Origin: a virus
Direction: 5' to 3' (one strand)
Length of the DNA: 64,000 nucleotides
IMG/VR virus record: IMGVR_UViG_3300030118_007055
Coordinates: 20,210-84,209 of that record
Shown here one piece after another: positions 48,663 to 58,159 of this stretch. How positions within the stretch are numbered: position 1 is the stretch's first letter; each line of letters starts with the position of its first letter. The notes below the pieces were generated by a model. It was not told the DNA's origin. It saw only the letters and a list, made by a program, of their open reading frames with translations, and made no database searches. Both the position numbers and the translations under genes were made by a program.

Positions 48663-49994
48663 TCAAATTTTTGAGAAAAACTCATCTATTCTATCTCCTA
48701 TATAATTCATTTGCTCTTCTGTTATTCCAGGGTAGACACCCATAAAGAAAGTGTCTCTTGTGCTTCTAGTTGCGACAGGAAAATCTTCTATAGGATTATC
48801 ATACTTCTGTGCAAACTTGGAATACGCAGGGTGCAATAACGCATTTCCAGTAAAATATGATCTTGTTTGTATTTTTGAATCTTCTAAAAAATTCACTAAA
48901 TCCTGCTTCTTAAAAGGCGCATTTTCTTTTACAGTAACTAGGTAGCCAAACCATGAAACATCTGCTTTTTCATGCTTTACTGGTAAATGTAAATACTCAG
49001 AATATTTTGAAAGTGAGTTAGTAAGTTTTTCAAAATTCTTCTTCCTAGCAGAATGCATGTAATCTAATTTATCTAATTGAGCTAAACCCATCGCCGCTTG
49101 CATCTCAGTAGGTTTTAAATTATATCCTATCTCAGTGAATACATATCTATGATCATAGATTATTTCTTTGCAGTCTTTAAACCAAGAATTAAATCTATTA
49201 CCACAAGCTGTGCCGCAGGTGACATCCCCAGGTTTTTTAGCATTGCAATAACATGCTCTACCCCAATCTCTAAGGGAAGCTAAAGCATTTCTATGAATTC
49301 GATTATTGGTTGCAACAAAACCCCCCTCTCCCATCGTCATGTGGTGCGCTGGAAAAAAAGAACAAGTTGAAACATCACCAAAAGATCCTAAAGGATCTCC
49401 ATTCCATGTAGACCCTAGGGCATCACAAGAGTCCTCTAAAAATATTAAATTATATTTTTTAATTATCTCCATTAGTCTATCCATGTCAGGTGGATTTCCT
49501 AAAACGTGTGCAAAAGTAATACCTTTTATGTCTTTATCTTTTTCTAAAATTTCTTCTACTTTATCTAAATTTAAATTAAGATTTGGAATCTCTACATCTA
49601 CAAAAATAGGTTCAAATCCATTTTGTATTAAAGGATTTATAGTAGTGGGAAAACAAACAACTGGCGTTATGAATTTACTGCCTTCTGGCAAAGAACCTCC
49701 TCGTTTAGTTTTAAGTAAAGAAGCCATAAGCAAATTGGCAGAACTTCCAGAATTTACTAAAACGCCATCAGCCTTGCCTAAATATTTTGCAAATTTTTGT
49801 TCAAATTCTCTGCCTTTTTTACCTAATATAAACCATCCCTCTAGTAAAGATTTTATAGCATTTATATATTCATTGGAATCAAAAGTTGGGCCAGAGTATT
49901 GAACCCAATCCTCACCAGCAACCCATTTAGGTTTTTCTTTTGCGTCAATATATTCTTTTACTAAGTCTAATATTTGTTCCATAATTTTCTCCAC
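48663..49994 (-). CDS. rfbH: NDP-4-keto-6-deoxyglucose 3-dehydrase (RfbH/DdhC, E1)
   Basis: VNSGSSANL, EDSCDALGS, FFPAHHMTMGEGG (His in place of the Schiff-base Lys), DWGRACYC...C Fe-S motif, and YDHRY...IGYNLK. Confidence 0.9.
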   Translation of the reverse strand: MEKIMEQILDLVKEYIDAKEKPKWVAGEDWVQYSGPTFDSNEYINAIKSLLEGWFILGKKGREFEQKFAKYLGKADGVLVNSGSSANLLMASLLKTKRGGSLPEGSKFITPVVCFPTTINPLIQNGFEPIFVDVEIPNLNLNLDKVEEILEKDKDIKGITFAHVLGNPPDMDRLMEIIKKYNLIFLEDSCDALGSTWNGDPLGSFGDVSTCSFFPAHHMTMGEGGFVATNNRIHRNALASLRDWGRACYCNAKKPGDVTCGTACGNRFNSWFKDCKEIIYDHRYVFTEIGYNLKPTEMQAAMGLAQLDKLDYMHSARKKNFEKLTNSLSKYSEYLHLPVKHEKADVSWFGYLVTVKENAPFKKQDLVNFLEDSKIQTRSYFTGNALLHPAYSKFAQKYDNPIEDFPVATRSTRDTFFMGVYPGITEEQMNYIGDRIDEFFSKI

Positions 49995-50695
49995 TTGCTT
50001 TGAATTATGCTGTCATAAGAAATTGTTTTTCTATGCATTTCCCATGTAGATTGTTTTTCATTTATTCCGTAATAGTAGCCTATAAACTCGTTTATATTAT
50101 GTATATAAATGTTTTTATCTAAAAGTTTAAAATAAAATTCATAATCAGCAGCCCCACTATAAAGCTCAGGCTCCCTTTTTAAAGTTTTATCTTTAAAAAT
50201 ATCAATATGATAAAATACTGAAGGTGTATTTACATAACAGCCCGTTAGCATTTTTGATTTTAAATCTTCAATATCTAAATATTGATGTCTTGTTTTTTGA
50301 ATTGCTTGATTATCTCTAATCCATACTAAATCAGATTGAGCACATAGTATAGTTTTTTTTTGTGTTTTAACCCAGCCACAAAAGCTAGAGATGTAAGTTT
50401 CAGCTATAAAATCATCAGAGCCTACAATTGTGTAATAATCGCCATCTAAATAATCAAAAGCTTTCTGTAAACACTCGTCCCAGCATTGAGGATATATGTT
50501 TTTAGCTTGATCTATTATATAATCTTTATTACCTGATGACAAGATTTCTCTAGCTATGTCCAAACTTTTATCAGTGCTTTCGTTATCAATAAAAATTATT
50601 TTATAATCTTTATGATCTTGATTTATACAACTATCCAAGCACCTTGATAAAAACTCAGCTTTGTTAAAATTTGGTATAATTACATTAACCCGCAT
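49967..50695 (-). CDS. GT2 glycosyltransferase
   Basis: IIPNFN...L..CLDS..Q, IDNESTD, GSDD and DYE. Confidence 0.88.
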   Translation of the reverse strand: MRVNVIIPNFNKAEFLSRCLDSCINQDHKDYKIIFIDNESTDKSLDIAREILSSGNKDYIIDQAKNIYPQCWDECLQKAFDYLDGDYYTIVGSDDFIAETYISSFCGWVKTQKKTILCAQSDLVWIRDNQAIQKTRHQYLDIEDLKSKMLTGCYVNTPSVFYHIDIFKDKTLKREPELYSGAADYEFYFKLLDKNIYIHNINEFIGYYYGINEKQSTWEMHRKTISYDSIIQSKWRKLWNKY

Positions 50696-51584
50696 AATTT
50701 AAAAGTTGGTTAACTCTGCAAAAGTACGTATGATTATCTTTAATGTGTTCAATGTTTTTTGATTTAATACTGCAAACATCCTGATTTAAATAGTCTGAAG
50801 CGTATTCACAAAGTATTTCAGGATCATTAGAGGTTTTACAATCTGGAAAATATTTATCTATCTGAGCATTTTCATCACTAACTAATAACCCATTTATACC
50901 TAAAGATTTAAAAGTTCTCTCATTAGCGTCTAATTTTAAAACTCTTTGATATTTATCATGTATATTCAAAGCTATTTTAGAATTTTTCATTATATAGTTT
51001 TCTTGCTCATGACTAATATTTTGGCCAACTGAAAAAGCACAATTAAATTTTTTATTCAAAAATGCCGTTAATGTTTCATTCATGATTTGAATTTTCTCAT
51101 TAAATCCATTATCAGCATAACCTCCAACAAAGCATATATCATATTTAAAATCTTTTGTGTTTGGATCTACAGATTGATATTTAAGGTCATCAAAAGCTAA
51201 AGGCACAGTCCTTACATTTTGCCAAATATTATAATACTCCTGTTTTACTTCACTAAATGTCCATTTAACAACATTAGTAAACTGATTAATTTTTTCGATA
51301 GTTTTTGCTGGTAAAGAGCAAACAAAATTAGGATGCAACCCCCAAGGCTTTGGAAAAGAATTTGACGAACAAAACAAAAAACAATTTTTGCTTTTTTCTA
51401 TGTGTTTTAAATTACTTTCCGTGGCCCATGAATCAGTGATCATTAACAAATATTCAGCAGAATCTATTTCGTCTAACGACTTTATAAATTTTGCTTCAAA
51501 CCCCTTTTTAACCCAAGCTCTATAATAACCATTATATATCCAATGGCCAGCGTGACTTGGATGGTCTTGAATATAAACTATCAC
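50685..51584 (-). CDS. CgeB-like (GT-B) glycosyltransferase
   Basis: PLAFD, YDICFVG, SKIALNIH and NERTF. Confidence 0.78.
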   Translation of the reverse strand: MIVYIQDHPSHAGHWIYNGYYRAWVKKGFEAKFIKSLDEIDSAEYLLMITDSWATESNLKHIEKSKNCFLFCSSNSFPKPWGLHPNFVCSLPAKTIEKINQFTNVVKWTFSEVKQEYYNIWQNVRTVPLAFDDLKYQSVDPNTKDFKYDICFVGGYADNGFNEKIQIMNETLTAFLNKKFNCAFSVGQNISHEQENYIMKNSKIALNIHDKYQRVLKLDANERTFKSLGINGLLVSDENAQIDKYFPDCKTSNDPEILCEYASDYLNQDVCSIKSKNIEHIKDNHTYFCRVNQLLNYAG

Positions 51585-52498
51585 AGTTTATCTAAAATGT
51601 TTTTTAATCTAATTTTTGAAGTATGCTCTTTCAAAAATCTTTCATAGCCTTTTTTAGCAATCGACTCTCTTTCAAAATCATTTTCTATATAATAAGCTAT
51701 TTTATTTAGAGCTTCTTCTTTTGTTTTAAAAGTTACTATTTCTTTCTCTAGCTCAAATAAATCTTCTAAGCCATCTACATATTCTGTAATTAATAAAGAT
51801 CCTGAGCAAACAGCTTCAAAAATCCTTAACTTCATTTGAGCTTTTTTATCAGCATCGTTATTGTTAACTGTTAAATTAAAAACTATCTTAGATGAGCCGT
51901 ATATTCTAAATATATCTTCATAAGAAACTCCATAAAAATTAGTAAGCGGCGCACCATTACATTTTAAATAATTAAAAATATCAGATCTACTTTCAGTGAT
52001 GCCTCCACAAAAACCCACGCCAATTTTTTTTTCGCAATCTAATCTTAAAGATTCATTGCAATGCCAATTGCCTAGAATAATATTTTTATATCCTATATCT
52101 TTATATTTTTTTAAATACTTTTTTTCTGGTGTTGTGCAGTATGTAAATTTATTACAAACCTGTTTATTAAATGAATCAAATCTCCAAGTATCATCACAAA
52201 ACCAATTTAAAGTTTTTACTTTACCTTGTTTAGTAATTTGTTCTATTATGTCTAAAGGTTCGTGTGGGGCCACTGAAGGATTACCAGTCAAGCAACTTAG
52301 TATTAAGTCAGGAGCGAATGAATCTACTATTTGTAGAAAATTATTTTTATCTCCTTTGACTGTATCATAAAATAATACATTATGGCCCAATTCTAAAAGT
52401 GGTATGTAAAAATTAAAATAACCAGCATCAAAAAGATTTTGACCATTTCTGTTTAATGTTTTGTTATATACTAAAATTATTTTCATATCTTGCTCCAA
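51581..52498 (-). CDS. CgeB-like (GT-B) glycosyltransferase
   Basis: WFCDD.WRF, SKIVFN, K.RIFE...G.LLITE and IA.KGYER...EHT...R. Confidence 0.82.
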   Translation of the reverse strand: MEQDMKIILVYNKTLNRNGQNLFDAGYFNFYIPLLELGHNVLFYDTVKGDKNNFLQIVDSFAPDLILSCLTGNPSVAPHEPLDIIEQITKQGKVKTLNWFCDDTWRFDSFNKQVCNKFTYCTTPEKKYLKKYKDIGYKNIILGNWHCNESLRLDCEKKIGVGFCGGITESRSDIFNYLKCNGAPLTNFYGVSYEDIFRIYGSSKIVFNLTVNNNDADKKAQMKLRIFEAVCSGSLLITEYVDGLEDLFELEKEIVTFKTKEEALNKIAYYIENDFERESIAKKGYERFLKEHTSKIRLKNILDKL

Positions 52499-53325
52499 AA
52501 ATTTGATGCTGCGGTTTCACAGCGTTGTTTAAATTCATCATACCCTACTTCTTGAAACTCTAAGTAAGAGCCTATTTTGTTTACGTCGCCTACTATTTCT
52601 TCAACTCCACACAATAACGCCTCCCCCACCATTCTGCAAAAAGGCTCATTTACAATAGGCGAGTGATAAAGTGCCTTTGATTGTTTAAAAACTTGAGCTA
52701 TTTCTTCATGAGATTTTAAACCTAAATATTCAACATTTTCCATACCATTAAAAAAATTAGAACAATCGCCATCGCTCCAGCCAAAAACACTTATTTTTCT
52801 ATCTTCATTTTTTTGAGCAAATGCTTTTAAATTATCTAATCCTTTAAGTGGATGTAAATATCCACAATAAACTATGTCATATATTTTTTCAGTGTCATCT
52901 TTGTTAAAAATTTTAGTATCAATAGGGTCATATACTATTTCAACATTTGTAAAATAATCTCCATATAAATCCTTAAAAAACGAATGATGGAATTTACTTA
53001 AAAAAAAGTTTTTTTTAGAACTGGTAAATATATGCGCTCTAGTTCTAGTGTCTAAATATGAGCATGAATCGTGCTCTAATCTAACTTTTTCAGGCACATT
53101 CTTTAAAAATTCTATTTTTGCAGGGTTTGTTTTATTTATTAATTCTAAATTAGAATGTATAACTAAATCATAAGAACTTAAAAAGTCTGTTATTGAAGAT
53201 GAATAGTGATGCTCAATAATTTCATGGCCTAGACTTCTACCCTGTTCAATTATAATTTGGTTACTGACCTGCGCTCCACCTTTTCTTTGTTTTAAAGTGA
53301 AATCTGATACAAATAATATTTTCAT
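52483..53325 (-). CDS. GT4-like glycosyltransferase
   Basis: GGAQ, G.L...KGLDNL and EPFCRMVGEALLCG. Confidence 0.8.
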   Translation of the reverse strand: MKILFVSDFTLKQRKGGAQVSNQIIIEQGRSLGHEIIEHHYSSSITDFLSSYDLVIHSNLELINKTNPAKIEFLKNVPEKVRLEHDSCSYLDTRTRAHIFTSSKKNFFLSKFHHSFFKDLYGDYFTNVEIVYDPIDTKIFNKDDTEKIYDIVYCGYLHPLKGLDNLKAFAQKNEDRKISVFGWSDGDCSNFFNGMENVEYLGLKSHEEIAQVFKQSKALYHSPIVNEPFCRMVGEALLCGVEEIVGDVNKIGSYLEFQEVGYDEFKQRCETAASNFWSKI

Positions 53326-53344
53326 GCAATAGCATGATTATATA

Positions 53345-54325
53345 TTATATGTCTGTCTCTTCAATAAAAATAAATACGTTTTCTAAATCTGGATTTTCAG
53401 AAATTAAATCACTTTGCTCTACAAAGTTATCATCATCCCAGCCCCATTCGCTTAAAATTTCGTCATCATCCCATGCAACAGCATCGCTTGATGTCATTTT
53501 GCTGACTGGCTTTTTGCTCCAAAATCTGCACGACCAATACCTAGCTTTGTACTTTGGACCTGGGTTTGTGTCACATTGATGTCTAGCTCTAAAGTTTTTT
53601 CTTCGCTCAGGGTCGTCTCTTTTTATTTCCATGTTTGGATCACCAAACTTGACCATAACGACATTACCCTTTTCATTCTTTACGTAAACCCCGAATTTTT
53701 TTTTTGAGCCAGAGGGTAATCTAAACGGTTTATTTAAAGTTTTTTTTTCTGCCTCTGAATAATCTATGTCTTCAATATCGAGATCCATTTCCTCTTCGAG
53801 TACTCCAGCCTCTAATAAATCTATTTTAGCTAAAGCAAAATTGAGTTCAGAAAAGTCATCATATACAAATCTTGCTTCTTCGTTATAGTATTCTTCGCTA
53901 CCCCTAGCTATATCTGAATCAGCGGCTCTGTAAGATTTTTTTACTTTGCCTCCTCTCATCATTCTTAAAAATGTATTGACCCTAGCCATAGCCCATTGAC
54001 CTCTAGATTTACCAGGTCTATGAGTACTTGAAAAAGCGCCAGCGCCTCGCCTGTAAACTTTTTTAAGTTGGCCTAATGTGACTTTTCTTGAGTGTTTGGA
54101 GTTGTGCTCTTTAACTTTATTTTTTAGGGCAGTTACAACTTTTTCAGAGAAATTAATTTTCGGAGCTTTTTTGCCACCACCAGCTGATCCTTTAGGATTT
54201 TTCTTAGAACCTTTTTTGCGCTCTGACGGCTTAGCTGGAGTCTGTGCTCCACTTCTTGGCCCAGGTCGCTTGGCGGCCTGTGATTCCAAAAATTCCTTTG
54301 CTTTATCTGAAAAATCGTACTCCAT
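53345..54325 (-). CDS. modular basic/acidic phage protein (probable late/virion-associated)
   Basis: Phage-type motifs LKKVYRRG.GAF..HRPG...QWAMARVN.FL and KFGDPNM.IK.D.P.RR.NFRARH.C...ARYWSC; GTGTAA upstream. Confidence 0.7.
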   Translation of the reverse strand: MEYDFSDKAKEFLESQAAKRPGPRSGAQTPAKPSERKKGSKKNPKGSAGGGKKAPKINFSEKVVTALKNKVKEHNSKHSRKVTLGQLKKVYRRGAGAFSSTHRPGKSRGQWAMARVNTFLRMMRGGKVKKSYRAADSDIARGSEEYYNEEARFVYDDFSELNFALAKIDLLEAGVLEEEMDLDIEDIDYSEAEKKTLNKPFRLPSGSKKKFGVYVKNEKGNVVMVKFGDPNMEIKRDDPERRKNFRARHQCDTNPGPKYKARYWSCRFWSKKPVSKMTSSDAVAWDDDEILSEWGWDDDNFVEQSDLISENPDLENVFIFIEETDI

Positions 54326-54365
54326 CTAGCAATGATTTACACAAAAAATTAATTAAAATGAATTT

Positions 54366-56012
54366 TTAACCCTCGCAAGATGAACAAGATAGTATGGATC
54401 TTGCAAGCTCTTGACTAGGATTGGCGCTTCTTTGGTAATAAAAGCTTTTTATACCTTGTTCCCAGCCAAAAATTAGTAGTTCGCTTACCTGTTTTGGTGG
54501 GCATTTAGGGGCTATCATTAAGTTTAGGCTTTGACTTTGATCTATATACTTTTGCCGTTGAGCCGCCTGTAATACTATTTCTTTTTGTGAAATTTCGCCA
54601 AATGTTTTAAAAACATCCTTTTCCTCATCGGATAGGAAATCTAAATGCTGTACAGATCCACCTTTAACTAGAATAGATTTCCATGTAGTTTGGGTATTCT
54701 TTTTCTTTTCGGTTAAAAGTTTTTCTAGGTAAGGATTTTTGTATGTGAATTTTCCTTTTGCTAAGTCTTTTGTAAAGTAATTACTATTCAAAGGTTCTAT
54801 AGATGGCGAAACTTGACCTAAAATAAATGAGCTTGAGGTAGTAGGAGCTATCGCCATCGTTGTTAGATTACGTCTGCCATAGCCTTTTAAATATTCAGGT
54901 TCACCTAGTAAAACAGCTAAATCTTGTGTTGCTTCATCACAACGCTCTTTTATAAGCTGATGTATCTCTTGATTTAAAAATTTAGCTTCTAAACTTTCAA
55001 AAGCTATCATTTTATCTTGTAAATAAGAATGCCAACCTAAAACTCCTAAACCTATGGCTCTCTGCCTTTTAGCAAACTCATGAGAGCTTTTCATAAATGG
55101 GATATTCTCTGTTTTTTGTACGTACTCCTCCATCACTGCATCTAAGAAAAATGTCAAAGTTTCGACAGCGTCAGTCTCTTTGATTTCCTCCCAGTTCACT
55201 AAATTTAAAGATGACAAACAGCAAACAAAAGACTCCTCTTCAGATGAGTGCAAAGCTATTTCGCTACAAAGGTTAGAGGCGTGTATTTTTAAATTTTTAT
55301 CCTGATAAGGTTGAGGGGATGAATTGTTAACAGTATCAGTAAAAAATATGTAAGGGTATCCTGTTTCAAATCTTTTCTTTATGAGAGCTGCCCAAATATA
55401 CCTCTTTGATTTATCTCCAGATATCAATTCTCTCATCCAAGAGTCGCTTATGCAAACACCAAAAGATAAATCTTGTATTGGGTGGCCCTCGCTTCTTATT
55501 CGTAAAAACTCTTTTATATCTGGATGATCAATAGGTAGATATCCCGCGAAAGAACCTCTTCTGACATTACTTTGAGAAACGACAGATGAAACTTTGTCAA
55601 AAAGTTCCATAAAATGCACTGATCCACTAGAAGTGCCGCCAGAGGATATTTCCGCACCTCTACCTCTAAGCGCTCCAAAATAAGCTGACGTTCCTGATCC
55701 GTGTTTAGTTTGCATGCCAACCTCAGCTTGCTTGTCTAAAATAGAATCCATTCGATCCTCAATGTAAACCCCATTGCAAGAGATTGGTAGACCTCTTTCT
55801 CTACCAAAATTTGCCCAAACTGGGCTAGCTAAAGAGTAAAAACCTCTAGCCATGTAATCTTCAAATTTTGCGGCAAAACCTTTTACTTTTAAATAATTTT
55901 CAGCAGCTTTAGCAATATCTGAAATTCTTTGCTCTGGAGTTTCTCCAGCTTGTAAATAACCCCTTTTTAAAAAAGCCTTTGAATCTTTATTTAGCCAGTA
56001 ATATTTGTTCAT
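54366..56012 (-). CDS. nrdA: ribonucleotide reductase class Ia alpha subunit (short, no ATP cone)
   Basis: GLPISC, ETGYPY, SNLCSEI, IAPTTSSS, IDQSQSLN, YYQRS and terminal CSSCEG. Confidence 0.95.
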   Translation of the reverse strand: MNKYYWLNKDSKAFLKRGYLQAGETPEQRISDIAKAAENYLKVKGFAAKFEDYMARGFYSLASPVWANFGRERGLPISCNGVYIEDRMDSILDKQAEVGMQTKHGSGTSAYFGALRGRGAEISSGGTSSGSVHFMELFDKVSSVVSQSNVRRGSFAGYLPIDHPDIKEFLRIRSEGHPIQDLSFGVCISDSWMRELISGDKSKRYIWAALIKKRFETGYPYIFFTDTVNNSSPQPYQDKNLKIHASNLCSEIALHSSEEESFVCCLSSLNLVNWEEIKETDAVETLTFFLDAVMEEYVQKTENIPFMKSSHEFAKRQRAIGLGVLGWHSYLQDKMIAFESLEAKFLNQEIHQLIKERCDEATQDLAVLLGEPEYLKGYGRRNLTTMAIAPTTSSSFILGQVSPSIEPLNSNYFTKDLAKGKFTYKNPYLEKLLTEKKKNTQTTWKSILVKGGSVQHLDFLSDEEKDVFKTFGEISQKEIVLQAAQRQKYIDQSQSLNLMIAPKCPPKQVSELLIFGWEQGIKSFYYQRSANPSQELARSILSCSSCEG

Positions 56013-56983
56013 TAAAATAGATCGTCTGCGTCAAATGTCTGTGAGTTTTTAGAATATTCAACAGGTCGAGAATGAAAAAAATCAGTAGCATTATTGCCCA
56101 TCAATTCTTCCTCGAACCACATTGTATTTTCTAAAACAGAAGTGTCAACATTAAATGCAGAAGAAAACCCTATTTTTTCTAAAGAGTCATTTATTCTATT
56201 TTTTATAAATTCTTTTAAGATATCACCATTAAGACCTGTCTCATTGAAACCATTGATCATCCAATCAACAATTTTACTTTCAGCTTTAAAAGCTTCTTGA
56301 GCTTCATTCACAATCCTAGCTTCTAACTCATCATCAAATAATTCTGGGTGCTCGCTTCTAATTGTATTAATTATTTTGATTCCAGCCAACGCATGAATGT
56401 TTTCTTCATTGCGAGTATACTTGACTTGCTGTCCAGTATCTTTAAGTATATTCCGATAACGATTAAACCAGTTAATAATATAGAACTGCGAAAACAGAGA
56501 AACATTTTCCACAAAAAGCGTGAAAAGAATGATCGAATACACATATTGCTTTTTTGAATCTTTGTAAAATTTATGATTATATTTTCTAAGATAGTTTACC
56601 CTGCCTTGAATAAAATCAAGTTCTAGATTTTTCTCAAAGACATCTTCAAGACCCAGAACTTTCAGTAATCTTTCATAAGCATTGTTATGAATGACCTCGA
56701 CGTTTGCCATTACATACCCCAAATCTGTCAAACTCGGATGAGGTAGATTATCGCCTAATTTGCTCCAAAACTTTTTTACCGCTACTTCAATCTGCCCAAT
56801 CGCTGAAAGTGTTCTGATAATAATTTCTTTTTCCTCTGAGTTTAAATTAACATTAAAATCTTGTATATCGCTGCTAAAACTAAACTCTTTATCGGTCCAA
56901 AAACCGTTGTGCATTGCCTCAATAAATTCTTGCGCCCATGGATAATGGTCGGGCTTCCTTGATATTTGTTCTTCGAAAATCAT
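56012..56983 (-). CDS. nrdB: ribonucleotide reductase class Ia beta subunit
   Basis: EVIHNNAY, FVENVSLFSQF, EENIH and DFFH.RPVEYSK. Start MIFEEQ assumed. Confidence 0.95.
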   Translation of the reverse strand: MIFEEQISRKPDHYPWAQEFIEAMHNGFWTDKEFSFSSDIQDFNVNLNSEEKEIIIRTLSAIGQIEVAVKKFWSKLGDNLPHPSLTDLGYVMANVEVIHNNAYERLLKVLGLEDVFEKNLELDFIQGRVNYLRKYNHKFYKDSKKQYVYSIILFTLFVENVSLFSQFYIINWFNRYRNILKDTGQQVKYTRNEENIHALAGIKIINTIRSEHPELFDDELEARIVNEAQEAFKAESKIVDWMINGFNETGLNGDILKEFIKNRINDSLEKIGFSSAFNVDTSVLENTMWFEEELMGNNATDFFHSRPVEYSKNSQTFDADDLF

Positions 56984-57015
56984 GACTATTGTTTTTACAC
57001 CATACTTGAGCAAGC

Positions 57016-57072
57016 TGTCAAATTGTATTTAAAAAATTTTTTTCTTGACAAAATGGATTTAATTTGTATCAT
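57016..57072. promoter_or_regulatory. divergent TTGACA promoters (nrdB leftward; sigma operon rightward)
   Basis: Minus-strand TTGACA at 57021-57016; plus-strand TTGACA at 57045-57050 with TATCAT at 57067-57072 (16-nt spacer). Confidence 0.6.
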
Positions 57073-57150
57073 ACCGTATAACGGTTTAAGGACGTAATTA
57101 TACATATAACGTAATAGGTAAAGCTATACGTTATTCTGTTCTATTACGTT
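57073..57150. repeat. cluster of ACG(T)-containing palindromes and inverted repeats
   Basis: ACCGT-ATA-ACGGT (57073-57085); AACGTAATAG (57108-57117) / CTATTACGTT (57141-57150) is a perfect 10-bp IR. Confidence 0.7.
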
Positions 57151-57189
57151 TTATAAAATATTTAAATTATATATAAATATAATAATAAT

Positions 57190-57798
57190 ATGGATAAAGG
57201 TTTTAATTTTACAGAATCGCTTGCTTCGCAAAGCGACTTATCTTTGATCAATAAAATTAAAGATAGCAACGATGAGGGTAGTTTAATGGAGCTTATCAAC
57301 CGTCATTCTGGCATTTATCACACAATGGTTAATAATTTTTTATCTGGCCCTAAAAATGTTGGAGATAAAGGCAATTTGCTAGATGACAAAGTGCATGAAG
57401 TATACTCTTGCGCCATAAAATTTGACCCAAGTAAAAACACTAAGTTCCCTACATATTTAGCTAATCATACAAAGTGGAAATGTTTAGGAGTTTTAAATAA
57501 AAAGAAAAAACAACAGGAAATTTCTTTCGAAGACGAAAATATTTTTTTTGAACCGTCATGCGATTCTTTTATAGAAAATTTAAGTAAAGATGAGATCTTA
57601 AAAACTTTTTCTAAATTTTTGGAAAAAGAAACAGATGATAGAGTTAGAAAAATTATTGACAAGAGATACAATGTGGATAATCATAAGCTCAGACCTTGGA
57701 AAATCATAGCTGAAGAGCTAGGAATGAGTATTCAAGGTTGTATAAACATTCATAATAAATTTTTAACTAAAATAAAAAAACAAACTAAATATGTATAA
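57190..57798 (+). CDS. phage-encoded sigma70-family RNA polymerase sigma factor
   Basis: Region 2 (ELINRHSGI...KFDPSKNTKFPTYL) and region 4 HTH (IIDKRY...WKIIAEELGMS). Confidence 0.85.
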   Translation: MDKGFNFTESLASQSDLSLINKIKDSNDEGSLMELINRHSGIYHTMVNNFLSGPKNVGDKGNLLDDKVHEVYSCAIKFDPSKNTKFPTYLANHTKWKCLGVLNKKKKQQEISFEDENIFFEPSCDSFIENLSKDEILKTFSKFLEKETDDRVRKIIDKRYNVDNHKLRPWKIIAEELGMSIQGCINIHNKFLTKIKKQTKYV

Positions 57799-58159
57799 TT
57801 CAATAACTGCGGCAGCTTATCTTGTTAAAGATCCAGAATCTAGAACAACATCAACTGGTAAAAAAGTAACAAATCTTAGAGTAGGTATATCTTCAGGTAA
57901 CACTAAAGATAAATGTTATCTTGATGTTCAATATTGGGATAAACAAGCTGATATTGCTGAAAAATATTTAACAAAAGGGCGTGAGTTTATTGTTCAAGGT
58001 GAACTTTGCATGTCATCTTGGGAAAAAGATGGCAAAAATTTTAGTAAATATTTTATAAGAGGTAAGGATCTTCAGTTTCTTTCATCTAAGAAAAAAGAGT
58101 CTGATGATTCTACTGCACCTGCAAAGGAAGAAAAGGTTGCTGAGGAAGTTCCTTTTTAA
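57791..58159 (+). CDS. ssb: single-stranded DNA-binding protein
   Basis: L.KDPE.R, W.KQA.IA.KYL.KG...VQGEL...W and acidic tail EEVPF. Confidence 0.92.
   Translation: MYNSITAAAYLVKDPESRTTSTGKKVTNLRVGISSGNTKDKCYLDVQYWDKQADIAEKYLTKGREFIVQGELCMSSWEKDGKNFSKYFIRGKDLQFLSSKKKESDDSTAPAKEEKVAEEVPF

Noticed and set aside
49306-49902. 198-aa plus-strand ORF
   Set aside because: Antisense shadow of the well-conserved rfbH.
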